A stretch of 63,903 bases of DNA, filler included, from Phoronis australis (lineage: Eukaryota > Animalia > Phoronida), in NCBI GenBank assembly GCA_002633005.1. It is 9 parts of 9 records of this genome, joined end to end, with 100 filler letters (N's around TTAATTAATTAA, not from the genome) between each part and the next. Parts side by side here need not be neighbours in the genome. Positions count along the whole stretch, not along the records: positions 51,786 to 54,509 come from NMRA01003467.1; positions 54,610 to 57,380 come from NMRA01003436.1; positions 57,481 to 61,785 come from NMRA01000806.1; positions 61,886 to 63,903 come from NMRA01001519.1; 5 more parts are not named here. One strand, 5' to 3'. A program made the translations under genes and the position numbers. Each line of letters begins with the position of its first letter. Position 1 is the first letter of the stretch. Shown one piece after another: positions 53,056 to 63,903 of this stretch. Below the pieces are notes generated by a model, which did not search any database, was not told where the DNA came from, and saw only the letters and a list, made by a program, of their open reading frames with translations.

Positions 53056-53079
53056 GTGGACTGATTTCAGCGCAAAATG
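53056..53079 (+). CDS. Candidate 24-nt symmetric microexon
   Basis: CTTATTTCATTACAG|GTGGACTGATTTCAGCGCAAAATG|GTAAGT has near-consensus splice sites on both sides. Confidence 0.5.
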
Positions 53080-53166
53080 GTAAGTATTCATTGTGGAAAA
53101 TAGGATTGAAAAGCACTTACTTAATACATGTAAAGTGTATGCTGGTTAGATGTTACACGAATCACT

Positions 53167-54216
53167 GAAATCTCTTCCTGAGACACTAAAACTGACGGGG
53201 ATGGTAGCAGAGGTTCAGTTTCAGAGGTTCAGCCTAGTCCACCTGGTCTTTGTCGATGACTGGAGTACATGGAGTGTTTCTCGCCGTACGCCTGATAAGG
53301 ATGTTACTGTAGAGGGAAGACAATTGAACACCACGGCCCCCATTCAAAGGGGAGCGCTGGATCCTGATTTTGATAGATTCCTTGATTTTACGTGGGTGCC
53401 ATGTCTGCTCCTTGCCAATGATCTTAGCAGAGGCAAGAGATATGGAATGGTTAGTGGACAGTGTGTGCTCACCTACGGCAGTCGGTCTGTCGAGTTTTGT
53501 GTTCTAAACACCTGGTTCCAAATCATCTTTTTGTCACCTCAATATAAATGCGATTGGGATCCTGGTCGCAGGTAAGCTGATAAATAACACACGATTGTTT
53601 CAGCACGGGAGTTTGATCTGTAGGTCTAACGAATGATGGGTGTTAATAGGTTTCATATACGAGAAGACCCCAAGGGTTTTACATGTGCGTTGCACAGACA
53701 ACCCTTCAATGTAAGGGATGGCTGCAAAGGTTTACGAACTGTATACTGTTGTTAAAGATCCAATCCTGGAAACCATTAGCTCGTTATGCATCATCAACGT
53801 GGTCAATCTCTTTGACATAGTCGTGAAGTGACTTTCAGCTCTATCCAGAAGTGTACAAACAACAGAATGTTTGGGTTGTGGAGGTTGATTAGACGAGAAC
53901 TGAAGATATTGTCCAGTAGATTGTGACTTTAACGTGTGCACATAAATCCAAGAAATGTAAGACTGTGTTGGATTCCAGCTTCATAGTAAATTGACCGTGA
54001 CATTCTGCTGAGGTATAACGAAAGTGTCATACATTATCAGGATCCAGCGCTCCCATTTGAATCCGGACGGTGGTGTTCAGTTATCTCTCCTCTACATCCT
54101 TATCAAGCATACGGAGGGAACAATCCACATGCTCCAGTCATCGACAAAGGCCTTTTGAACCAGGCCGAAAAGTTTGCTACCACCTGTCAATTTCAGGCTC
54201 TCAGTAAGTTATTTCT
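53167..54216 (-). mobile_element. Degenerate Penelope-like retroelement (RT thumb, GIY-YIG endonuclease, inverted pseudo-LTR)
   Basis: Minus strand reads K...TGQYLQFSSNQP.QPKHSVV.TLLDRA, PYIEGLS, KPINT, VIYQLTC......IYI..TKR...TR..EH, TAVGEH and RKIKESI; 53167-53369 is inverted at 54036-54216. Confidence 0.88.
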
Positions 54217-54609
54217 CTATATTTACCGATGTCACCACGAGACAATGATCATCCTATTTTCCCGTACAAGAATCTTCCCATACTTGTATGGTATGGGTCA
54301 ACATTGATCCAATATGGAGACGCCCATATTGGTCAAATTTGCAGATGAGAAGCGATTTTGCTCTTACAAAGATTGAACACTTTGTCTTTACTCAAGACCA
54401 TGCTTGGCGAACAAGCTGTGAACAGTCGTTTTGTTGAACAATACCAGTGGCGGATTTAGAGGGGGGCCAAGGGGGCCATGCCCCCCCTAAAATTCTCCCA
54501 GATTCATTGNNNNNNNNNNNNNNNNNNNNNNNNNNNNNNNNNNNNNNNNNNNNTTAATTAATTAANNNNNNNNNNNNNNNNNNNNNNNNNNNNNNNNNNN
54601 NNNNNNNNN

Positions 54610-55133
54610 CCGCGACGGGCCTGATCGTGCTCCGAGCCACTGGCCAGGCTAACAAGCGTTTTGTGTTTAGAACTAAAAAAATCACAAGTCTAAGCAACAC
54701 AGACCTAGGTTTTCCTGTCTTTATCTCACGAAAAGTACTTCGAAATTATCTAGTCCGACCCCAAACTCCTGCTACGGACCTCATTGGCCTGCCGAACTTT
54801 TTAGGCTACGGTGTGTCCAAGTACCAATAAATCCGTAAGAGCGAAATTAAACAACACGTTTTTACAAGAATTCGGTGTGTTTTTGAGGGTTTTACATCGA
54901 AGTTTGATGATTTATTGGTGTTAAACGATGACTTCAAGCGATAAGCTGACACCAGTAACCTGTGTTGTGAACTGCTGAACAGACTGCTTGTGAAACCGAT
55001 GACGCCATTGGATAATTTCAACACCTCCGTTTGCCGTCAGGTGTCAGGTAACGCAACCGTACGTGTCGTTATGGAGTAGAACTACTCGATCTAAATTGAT
55101 ACAAATTAGGTTGTTTTTGGGTGGCATGCTCCT
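54610..55133 (-). mobile_element. Kolobok-like element end (TTAA-AGGAGCATGCCACCC on the minus strand)
   Basis: Homologous to 28891-29283; terminates at GGCATGCTCCT-TTAA. Confidence 0.8.
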
Positions 55134-55695
55134 TTAAGTAATGTATCCATCGCTGTTGTCTTAATAACAAAAACAACACCATTTTGATACATCGCTCGAA
55201 GACAAGTTGAAGGTACTCTTGGGCTTCACCTTCGTTAGAACAGGGATTCAACCGCAAAACAGTTTCATTAAAACGTATTCTGACATGATGCCTTTTTAAC
55301 ATCACATAGCATATTTTTTCAAAGTAAACAGGAGTAAAATAAACAAATTTCCGTAATTTCCTCGCATGTCTTGTTTAAATATGCCGTATCTGTGGACTCA
55401 CATTTCGCCGGTAACATGATTAGCCATGTAAAGGTGTATTTTACCACCACTGTCTGAGGTCACTCTCAAAACAAAAATGGATTAACAAAAAGTGATTGTC
55501 CGTCTAGAATTAACTTCCCCCTCGCATGGTGATTATGAAGGAAATGGAAACAATCGTAGTGGGTTATTTTTGCAGGTTTTCATCGATTGTCGTTTGAATG
55601 GTGTGATATTGTGTTGCTTAATGAATACAAAACAGACGGGCAATGATCTTGCCAATCACCATTAACATTTCCCATCTTGTTTTTATTTCACTTAG

Positions 55696-56034
55696 GCCCA
55701 GGAAAAAACTTTCACCACGATAGAATTGACTGGGATGAACAATAGTAAACAAGAAGAGAAGTTTCCATCTAAGAACAATACTCGAGAGATCGACCGGAAA
55801 GTTCACCTGTTTGANTTTGATAATCCAGTTTTACACGAAATGTCCAGCAATGTGAGTGCACTTCGTGTGTTGTTTGAGACCCAGGCCAAAGACAGAGAGA
55901 TGCAAGATGAAATTGATACTGACTGGAAGACAGTGGCCATGGTTTTCGATAGACTGTTCCTGGTATTGTCGGTGATTATCACCGTCGTAATTAGTCTGGT
56001 AATGCTACTCAACAGACCTCAATACTCCGAGTGA
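55696..56034 (+). CDS. Cys-loop ligand-gated ion channel (nAChR-like) terminal exon: MA helix and TM4
   Basis: TTTTATTTCACTTAG| acceptor, phase 0; EI..DWKTVAMVFDRLFLVLSVIITVVISLVMLL..P is the nAChR/5-HT3 M4 signature; TGA ends at 56034; one N at 55815. Confidence 0.92.
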   Translation, partial: AQEKTFTTIELTGMNNSKQEEKFPSKNNTREIDRKVHLFXFDNPVLHEMSSNVSALRVLFETQAKDREMQDEIDTDWKTVAMVFDRLFLVLSVIITVVISLVMLLNRPQYSE

Positions 56035-56567
56035 TACTGACTGCTGAAGCAGTCACGGACAATCACGACTGTTGTAGACGAAACCTTCCGTTTCGCAATA
56101 TGTACTTAAACCTAAATCCTAGCCGATCTGATACTGAACTGTTGTACCCAGTCGCTAGTTAACAGGCGACTCGGGGTAAATGGAAAGACTGCACTCTCTA
56201 ACAGATTCTGCAATCTTATTTTTAAAATTTGAAGTAATTTGTCTTAACTTGATAGCTTACGAATAGAAACAAAACCTAAGTGTTCTACATTAATCGGAGT
56301 TAACGGAGCGTTGACAATGTCCGTCATTCTGTGGACTGCACAAGGAACTTTCTGACTTTACTTACTATACGGTAATTTCCAAGAGTGGTCGATGAGTGAA
56401 CACAGGCTGTAACCATGAATTGGTGGACCTGTTGTCATCTAGTCTTTGCCTGGGAAAGGGGGGCAAGAGTGTAAACGTAAGAAATATCATTTGTACGTAT
56501 AGACCGAATTCACGCCGACAAGAGGTGCGTTCCAAAACGATTCCCGCTACGATAGCTCTGTTGGCTT

Positions 56568-56860
56568 ATCCGCATAGTTGTACTCCGCGTTGCTCGAACG
56601 GCTAGAAAAAATACGGACACTCAACTGTCTGTTTTACAGTTCTTAAGAACGTTGGGATTCGGAAGCGTTGGGTCCTTGCCATACGCCGCGACGAATGAAA
56701 ATATGTCCGTGTAAAATTTATAACTGTTTTCGAAAAGTTAGATCATGTTTTGTCGCATCTCGGTTGCCGAGCATTATAGCAACGAGGACCGGAGAATCTT
56801 CGGCCAGACAGGTTGTGTTTTCATGACTACGGGTTGAAACGAGATGCATTTTGCTTTTCA
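56568..56860 (+). mobile_element. Degenerate full-length THAP domain (transposase-derived relic)
   Basis: PHSCTPRCSNG*..., then F.V.KN..IRKRWVLAIRRDE, AEHYSNED (for C..HF...D) and LKRDAF (for the LK.DAVP box), with stops and frameshifts. Confidence 0.7.
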
Positions 56861-57982
56861 AAATAGACAGGGTGCTCATTCCCTCAATTTTGGGGCCAAA
56901 TATCGGCCCTATTACCCTCTCAAAAATATTGAAAAATCACGCGAAATTCCCGGTCCCACGAGGCCTAAAAATTTCCTTAGTGATTGAAAATTTCTCTCCG
57001 ACGGTTCAAATCTCCAGTAACCACAGAGGTGACAATTTAAAAAAGCACAAAATGCTACTTGAGACAGAGCCTGTGAGAACTTGCAACAGGGCGGGGGTGC
57101 TATTGATGGTGATCGGGAGGTAGATTTTTCACTGACGCGTCACTTGGCGAAACGTTCCCCTCTCAGAAGGCCGCACAGGCACCTTTCCCCTCGGATATGA
57201 ACGAGGCCCCTGAAGAAACATGATAACTATGCTTGTTCCAGGGGGATCCAGGAGTTTGAGTTGAGAGTGGGCATGGCAGAGTATTAGCCAGGATTTTGCC
57301 TCTCAGAAATTCACGCTCCTGCCAAATGGAATCTGGGAGAATTTTAGGGGGGGGGGCATGGCTCCCCTCTAAATCCGCCANNNNNNNNNNNNNNNNNNNN
57401 NNNNNNNNNNNNNNNNNNNNNNNNTTAATTAATTAANNNNNNNNNNNNNNNNNNNNNNNNNNNNNNNNNNNNNNNNNNNNGTCACCAATTAGAAACATCG
57501 CCGACGTTAGGTATCAATGTCGACTGATAATGCAATATTACTAAGCAAAACAATGGTGTCAGGCAAAGCACCCTTCGAACCGAACAGCGGCGTAGATCTC
57601 GGATAGGGTCTGCCATCGATTCACTCACGACCCATGACGAACCAATTTTCGAAGTATTTGCACCCACGTAAAAGGTCCCACAACAGCTACGTTTCGTACT
57701 GAATCTGACAACGGCAAACTTACCGAACTCTGTGGTGGAAAAAATATTTATTTTTCATGTAAGATGTCTTGATTATCCACTAACAATATCCTCAGCAACA
57801 AATCACCGTGACATGGTCGGTACCACTGTATGCGATCGTGGCTCAGAAACGTTGTCAATTAACGGTGTGGGTGAATGTAGCCTACGTCTCTTTTTTATCG
57901 CAAAAAACAAACGTAAAGATGACAACCCTTGGCTGTTACTTGCCAAACGACGGTCACAACTTGTCTTGCATCAGAATGAAAG

Positions 57983-58071
57983 CACAGGCGTCCTCAGCTT
58001 CTGATCGTCCCCAATACACTACATATAATACTACATGTATTGGGGACGATCAGAAGCTGAGGACGCCTGTG
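57983..58071. mobile_element. 89-bp MITE: perfect 36-bp TIRs, 17-bp spacer, 8-bp TSD AATGAAAG
   Basis: Arms at 57983-58018 and 58036-58071; AATGAAAG at 57975-57982 and 58072-58079. Confidence 0.95.
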
Positions 58072-59835
58072 AATGAAAGTAAGTCGACAACAAATTCTCA
58101 AGCCCTCTTTTCTGGGACACCACGCGCGACATATATATGAGTCATCTGTCACTCACGTGTTGCAGCCAATGTACCACGTACTCCAGCGGTGAGAACGTAG
58201 AGGTGCACACCTCCCAAGTCGCACATCAAAAGAGTACGGCGGCCGTTCTAAATAAAATATTGCACTGGCTTGGCTCGATTAAGTGCTTGGGTGTTGCATA
58301 TACTCGAATGCACGTGACCATAAGATGAGCGCTGATTCAACTTGAGTTTTGTGGCACATTCTTTGAAATCTAACATCGGCCGGGAAAGGGTGCACTTATA
58401 AACCCCGCACGTGAACGTCAGGCAATACGGCTTTGGGTACACTTTGGAGGCACGCACTGNNNNNNNNNNNNNNNNNNNNNNNNNNNNNNNNNNNNNNNNN
58501 NNNNNNNNNNNNNNNNNNNNNNNNNNNNNNNNNNNNNNNNNNNNNNNNNNNNNNNNNNNNNNNNNNNNNNNNNNNNNNNNNNNNNNNNNNNNNNNNNNNN
58601 NNNNNNNNNNNNNNNNNNNNNNNNNNNNNNNNNNNNNNNNNNNNNNNNNNNNNNNNNNNNNNNNNNNNNNNNNNNNNNNNNNNNNNNNNNNNNNNNNNNN
58701 NNNNNNNNNNNNNNNNNNNNNNNNNNNNNNNNNNNNNACAGTTGTAATTTTGAAAATCTGTGACTTGAAATATGCACCAGACACCGTAAGGTAAGCTTCC
58801 TGTGGCAACGGACTGTTCGATAGGTATTGGGTATCAACGATGACGTCATTTGCGTCGATTAGAATGAGCGCCACCTAAAGTTTTTTTTCGGCGCTAAATG
58901 GGGTTCATGATGGGGTCGTACGATAGTAATTGGCGTAATTAGCTAATGCCAGGAGTAAAGGGAGGGATGATATGTTTGTTTCGATCAATGATACAGATAT
59001 TTAGCATGTTCAAAAGTCATTTGGCCGTTATGTAGGGTCTTTAAATTTAATTTATCGTAATCTATTTTGCCCGGGGTACGCCACGAGCTATGTTGCAGAG
59101 TAAAACAAGAGGAGGATTCCGAATATTGTCATTTATTATGACGTAAATAGATAAAACTAACTAAGACTCTGCAAGATGGGCATGGACAAAACGCCATAAT
59201 GGCAGCACGGGAATGCTGACATTGCCGTTTATAAGTCACATACCGTAGCAGAGTCTCGTGAAGTAAAACTCAAAAGCGCCGCGTATTACAAAGCGAAGTG
59301 TCCTGTAGCGCACAAAAGACTTCGGTGGATTAATCGACACAAGACCTGCATATGCATACGTATGTAGCCCTCATTGTATGATCTGTGTAGGCTTACCGGT
59401 AATAAATCTTAGCCTGTTTGTCACTGCGGTTTCAATCCCAGCGGCCATGTTCAGTCCCCGGCGGTCCTGTTTTGTGGTGAGGCGGTCATGTTTTTAGGTG
59501 CGTCAGTCCCATTTTCTGGTGCGCCGGTCCCATTTGGTTCAAGTAGGTCCTGTTTCGAGGACCGACAGTCATGTTTCTCACCCGTGATATTTATTGCAAA
59601 TGAGTCACTCATTTGCTGTTGACTAACTTCGACGAACCACCTTTAATTGGTTCAGGTAACCAAGAGATTAGTTCAACATTTCATCATAATGGAAGTCCAC
59701 TCGACCGCATTGTAGGCTGACGCTTTCTTATCAGCTGATTATGGGAACAGACATAATAATTATTGTGGCTGCATGATTGTCTATTATGGGAACAGACATA
59801 ATAATTATTGTGGCTTCGTGATTGTCTATTTCTAG

Positions 59836-61624
59836 GAAACAAGGGCAAGTGTCGTAAGATCTTAGACAAAGCAAAAAGTGTTCAAGCCAGACCCCAAGAG
59901 CTGCTGGAAATGGCTTACAGCAACTTTGTAAAGGAAAAAAGTGTCCTGCTGCCTGACATTGAGAGCGCTGGGAAAGGTAGGATAATTAGCCGATCGTGGT
60001 CAGAATTATTATTTTTGGTTATTCAAAGAAATGAACTTTTTATTTGACCACTTAACGCTATTATAAAAACTTGTCTAAATTTGTTCATTACTTGGTTGAG
60101 AAGTTCCATCATTCCTTGAGACCATGCTCAGTGCACTGATTGACCTTCCATTATTCCTTGAGATCGTGTTCAGTGCACTGATTGACCTTCCATTATTCCT
60201 TGAGNTACAGCAACTTTGTAAAGGAAAAAAGTGTCCTGCTGCCTGACATTGAGAGCGCTGGGAAAGGTAGGATAATTAGCCAATCTTGGTCAGAATTATT
60301 ATTTTTGGTTATTCAAAGAAATGAACTTTTTATTTGACCACTTAACGCTATTATAAAAACTTGTCTAAACTTGTTCATTACTTGGATGAGAAGTTCCATC
60401 ATTCCTTGAGATCGTGCTCAGTGCACTGATTGACCTTCCATTATTGCTTGGTGCACTGATTGACCTGCCATGACGAACCGATTTGTTGAGTCTGGTCTTA
60501 AGCAATGGCGAGCACATTTAATTAGACTAGGAATTTGTTAATTAGTTTCAAGTTACTGGAAATAAATTTTAGTGAATGAAAGACTTTAAATGACTTGTTT
60601 AAATTCTTCGGTGTTACAGAAAATGATTCCCTTAATACTCGCCTTGTCAAGAGAGGGTCAGTGGACTCGGACAGTGGACAGAGCAGCCAAGAAAGTAGTA
60701 CAGAGCTCCATTTTAACAAGACCTGTACAAAAACTTATAGGTAAAGCCAGGTTGATTTTTTATGAGTTTGACATTTTGGTTGCTCAGGAAACAAACGCTC
60801 GCTTACTGTGTTGTCGCGTATTAGGGCCGATCCTTTAGTTAGTGCTGCTCTCGAATAAGCATAAGTAAGATTTTTGTTAATGTTCAGTGTTGATATCAGA
60901 TTGTTAGCATGTGCGTAGTTGTCGCTAAAACATGGCTTCGCAGGTTCATTGTTGTAATTCTTTATAGAGACTGCCACTGCCTCGTTTTTGAATGGAATTT
61001 CGTATTTTGCACCACCTAGTGGGTGTTTTACTGTTTTTGAGTCTGTTTTCGGTGTTCTTCTAGAGTGGCTTGGCTGATAGAGAGCTCTATTGATCAAACC
61101 ACTTTAAGTATAATTATGAAAATTGGCATATGTGTTCCTTCTGAAAAGAAAATGACTGACTAATCGTCTGACGGCTCTGGTAACTGCAGCGCCTCCTAGT
61201 GGCAATATTTTGCACCCTTGGAGCTGTAACTCCTGAATTTCTTGCAGGAACTTGGTTGATAAATTTGGAAACTATTGCTGTGAAAGTGACAACAGCGTTT
61301 CTTAATTGCTTGAACTGGAAACTTCACAGCTGCAACCTCGGTGTAGATTTTGTAGTTTGCGACTTGAGCTTGATTTTATTAACACTGTAAACAGACTATG
61401 TTTTAAGCCTTCCTTTGAATGTCACTTCCAATCCAGCGTTTTACTAGTTTTCAAAGTACTTGTTGATTGATTGATGAATGCTGACTGTTGCTGTGCAGGC
61501 AGGCGCTGAAGGAGCTAGTACCAAGCACGCCCAAACAACCTCACTCAGCTGGGGAGATAGTGTTTGATACAAGCCATTGGGACAACACTGTTAGTTTCAA
61601 GGCGCCACCATCTAGTACCAATAG
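59836..61624 (+). CDS. TTK: Mps1/TTK-like kinase, internal exons 59836-59976, 60620-60740 and 61499-61624 (end of TPR domain and linker)
   Basis: GNKGKCRKILDKAKSVQARPQELLEMAYSNF..EK.VLL resembles the last TPR helices of TTK as I recall them ([31 protein letters not shown]); GT-AG exons with phases 1-1-2-2; Ser-rich linker with RQALKEL. The kinase domain is not in the window. Confidence 0.75.
59916..60450 (+). repeat. About 290-bp near-identical tandem duplication joined at a single N (60205)
   Basis: 59916-60204 recurs from 60206 with a few substitutions; probable haplotype-overlap artefact. Confidence 0.85.
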
Positions 61625-62161
61625 GTAAGTTTTGGTCAAGTACACTCCAAATTTCCTCTCAAAATAAATACCGTAATCGTTCGGGTTAACGCCCTGGGCG
61701 GTTAAATTGGCGAACCCAAAAAATCGGGGGTGGGCGGTTAACCAGACATGGGCGCTTAAACGTGAAATTTCAAGAAATCGGGGGGNNNNNNNNNNNNNNN
61801 NNNNNNNNNNNNNNNNNNNNNNNNNNNNNTTAATTAATTAANNNNNNNNNNNNNNNNNNNNNNNNNNNNNNNNNNNNNNNNNNNNGCTGACAAAAATCTC
61901 AGCTCGCATTTCCAAATTTAAGGTCGCAAATGCGACCTGCAGCTCGTTATGTCGAGCCCTGGGGATGCCCAGGTCCATAACCAGTTTACATGGCATTGTG
62001 CATCCTGTTATGTATTTAAATGCTCCTTTCATAGCACGGCCTGCTTGTTCCTTTTGGTCAATACTTTTTCATATTGTCTTAATTTCAGTCAAGTTGTCTT
62101 AATTTCAATTTGGTATAAATGTGGCTTGGACTACTAAGTGTTATGTTCTGGTTTATTGTAG

Positions 62162-63717
62162 GCAATCGCCAGCGTTCGAGACTGCATTAAGACGGTTTGT
62201 TTGACGTAGTTGACTGCCAAGTGATGGTGTGTGACTTAGGACAGTCGTCATGTGTCTGCTCTCTCAATTTGTAGATATTATCTAAAAAGTCGATATATAT
62301 TTTTTGCCATTGAGGTAAACAACTATAATGAGCACGTTAGTTCAGAAATATTATGGCAGAAATCTCTCAACACCTTTAATGTACGCATGCTTCATGGGAT
62401 CTTAAATAGCAGTCTCCTCTCCTTGTTCATTAAATCAATTTTCCAAACACTGTCTCTGGCAGGTGATGAAAATTACATGGGTGAATATTGTTCAGAGATG
62501 GGCTTTATTATTCACAGCTTGCTGATTTCTATGTTGAATTGAAAATATTACTAATCAGAAAATATAATCAGAGAGTTACTGAGTGTCCAAAAGTAGATAG
62601 ATTATGGTAAAAATTCTCCAATTTGAGCAATCTCTGGACTACGGAAACGGAATGTCCTGCAAAAATTCAATTTTCTTGATTCTGGAATTTGGGACAATAG
62701 CGATTTTAACACTCACCATATTTCTCAAATTTCGGATAATGTGTTTTCAATCTACAGCTTGGTTAATTTGGCCGTCTCTCTGGTGATTCTTGAATTTGGG
62801 ACGACCAATGTTGTCTACTTCTAGAATTTGGTACAAGCTCCAACCTTGAGCAAAATTATTGCTTTTCACTGTGCGAAGTTGGAGAATTTTAAAAGTTAGT
62901 TGATAGACCTCATGCCTAGTGCCATACATAGCCATGTTGTATTTACAGATTTTGTCATTTTGTCACCTTTGTTGCTGTGAGGTTAAGGTAGGTTAACATT
63001 GCCTGTCATATACCCACTTGTACATTGTCCTATTTAAAGTGGTGGCTGACACATGTATAGGCCTGTAAGACTGTACAGAGGTCATTTTCAAGGAGTTGGT
63101 ATTTACACTGGTGAGGCCATGCCTTCAGACTTAAAACTGAAAAACAACTGAAATAGCCTAAAAGCTTAGAAATGATGGACCTAACGGATACATGTACATG
63201 TAGAATGTTCTTGTTTCCCTGATTTCGCCACCTGTAGGTGTAATCTTACAATACAAACATATATTCACTGTGCTAGTTCATGTAAAACAGAAAAGGTGAT
63301 CGTGAGTAGAATTTCACACTGTCTATTGATATGACGCATTCAAATATGATTTATAACTTATTAAGAAAAGTGGTTAAAGGCTATATTGTACATTGCAGGA
63401 AGTGAACAGTTTGTTGTAGCTTACAAACTTTCAAGGCATGAAGGGTTTATTATTTCTGTTCAATGCACTTCAGAATTATTTGTACCTAACCTCTTTGAAA
63501 ATGTGCTAGAAATGACACCTTTGGATGTGCATGTATCTGGTTAAGCATGTAAATTTCTGTGAATTACCTCATGTTGTAAACATTTTTTATGTCGTCTGTT
63601 TTGCTTGATTGTTTTATGTGCTTGAGCAAATGTGAAAATTATGAAAGAAATTTGTATTACAGGTGGTTGATGTAGTTGTGTATACAGTATTTTGTAATTG
63701 TATATTTTGTGAATAAA
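62162..63717 (+). other. Candidate terminal exon with a long 3' UTR and AATAAA (63712-63717); parent gene uncertain
   Basis: GTTTATTGTAG| acceptor; all three frames close within 48 nt; TGTA/T-rich UTR-like sequence, with a GT-rich tract after AATAAA. Confidence 0.45.
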
Positions 63718-63812
63718 CCTTTAAAAAATTATTCATCATTGTGTTCATTATGAACTTTTAGCGTTTGTGTGGTCCAGCTACCAGTATAACAAGAATAAAG
63801 TTATGATGCACC

Positions 63813-63903
63813 CTGTCTGGAACTATTGCATCCACTGTCTGGAACTATTGCATCCACTGTCTGGAACTATTGCATCCACTGTCTGGAACTATTGCATCCA
63901 CTG
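63813..63903. repeat. 22-bp minisatellite (CTGTCTGGAACTATTGCATCCA), at least 4 copies, to the window end
   Basis: Direct observation. Confidence 0.95.

Noticed and set aside
54005-54030. CTGCTGAG...GAAA..GTC as an intact hammerhead
   Set aside because: Core mismatch and no adequate stem II or stem III pairing.
58248-58874. Long ORFs of 104-208 aa
   Set aside because: Length comes from the N run.

Overview
This is AT-rich, intron-rich animal genomic DNA, most likely a marine invertebrate; the taxon cannot be fixed from sequence alone. It is a fragmented draft with eight 100-nt gaps carrying an artificial TTAATTAATTAA spacer and two other N runs. Genes read by manual splicing: a complete two-exon core-2/I-branching beta-1,6-GlcNAc transferase (GCNT family, 5363-7761); the last three exons of a LamG-like (Laminin_G_3) protein (12115-15279); the tail of an unidentified minus-strand gene (about 22000-27700); 11 exons of RIC8/synembryn lacking its N-terminus (33131-45210); an unidentified Cys-containing gene fragment with an in-frame TGA (49934-51685); the terminal M4 exon of a nicotinic-type Cys-loop receptor (55696-56034); and three internal exons of an Mps1/TTK-like kinase (59836-61624). 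The intergenic and intronic DNA is dense in transposon relics: TTAA-flanked Kolobok-like elements, three THAP-domain fossils, GC-rich MITEs with 5-bp target duplications, an 89-bp palindromic MITE with an 8-bp TSD, a long-TIR element, a LINE 3' fragment, and a Penelope-like element with an inverted pseudo-LTR and a hammerhead remnant. I cannot support a wholly new multi-gene system, and gene order across the gaps is unreliable. The most unusual signals are the (TA)n-embedded palindromic cassette array at 22.3-22.7 kb, the 5-bp-TSD MITE family, the Penelope inverted pLTR and the TGA-containing exon.
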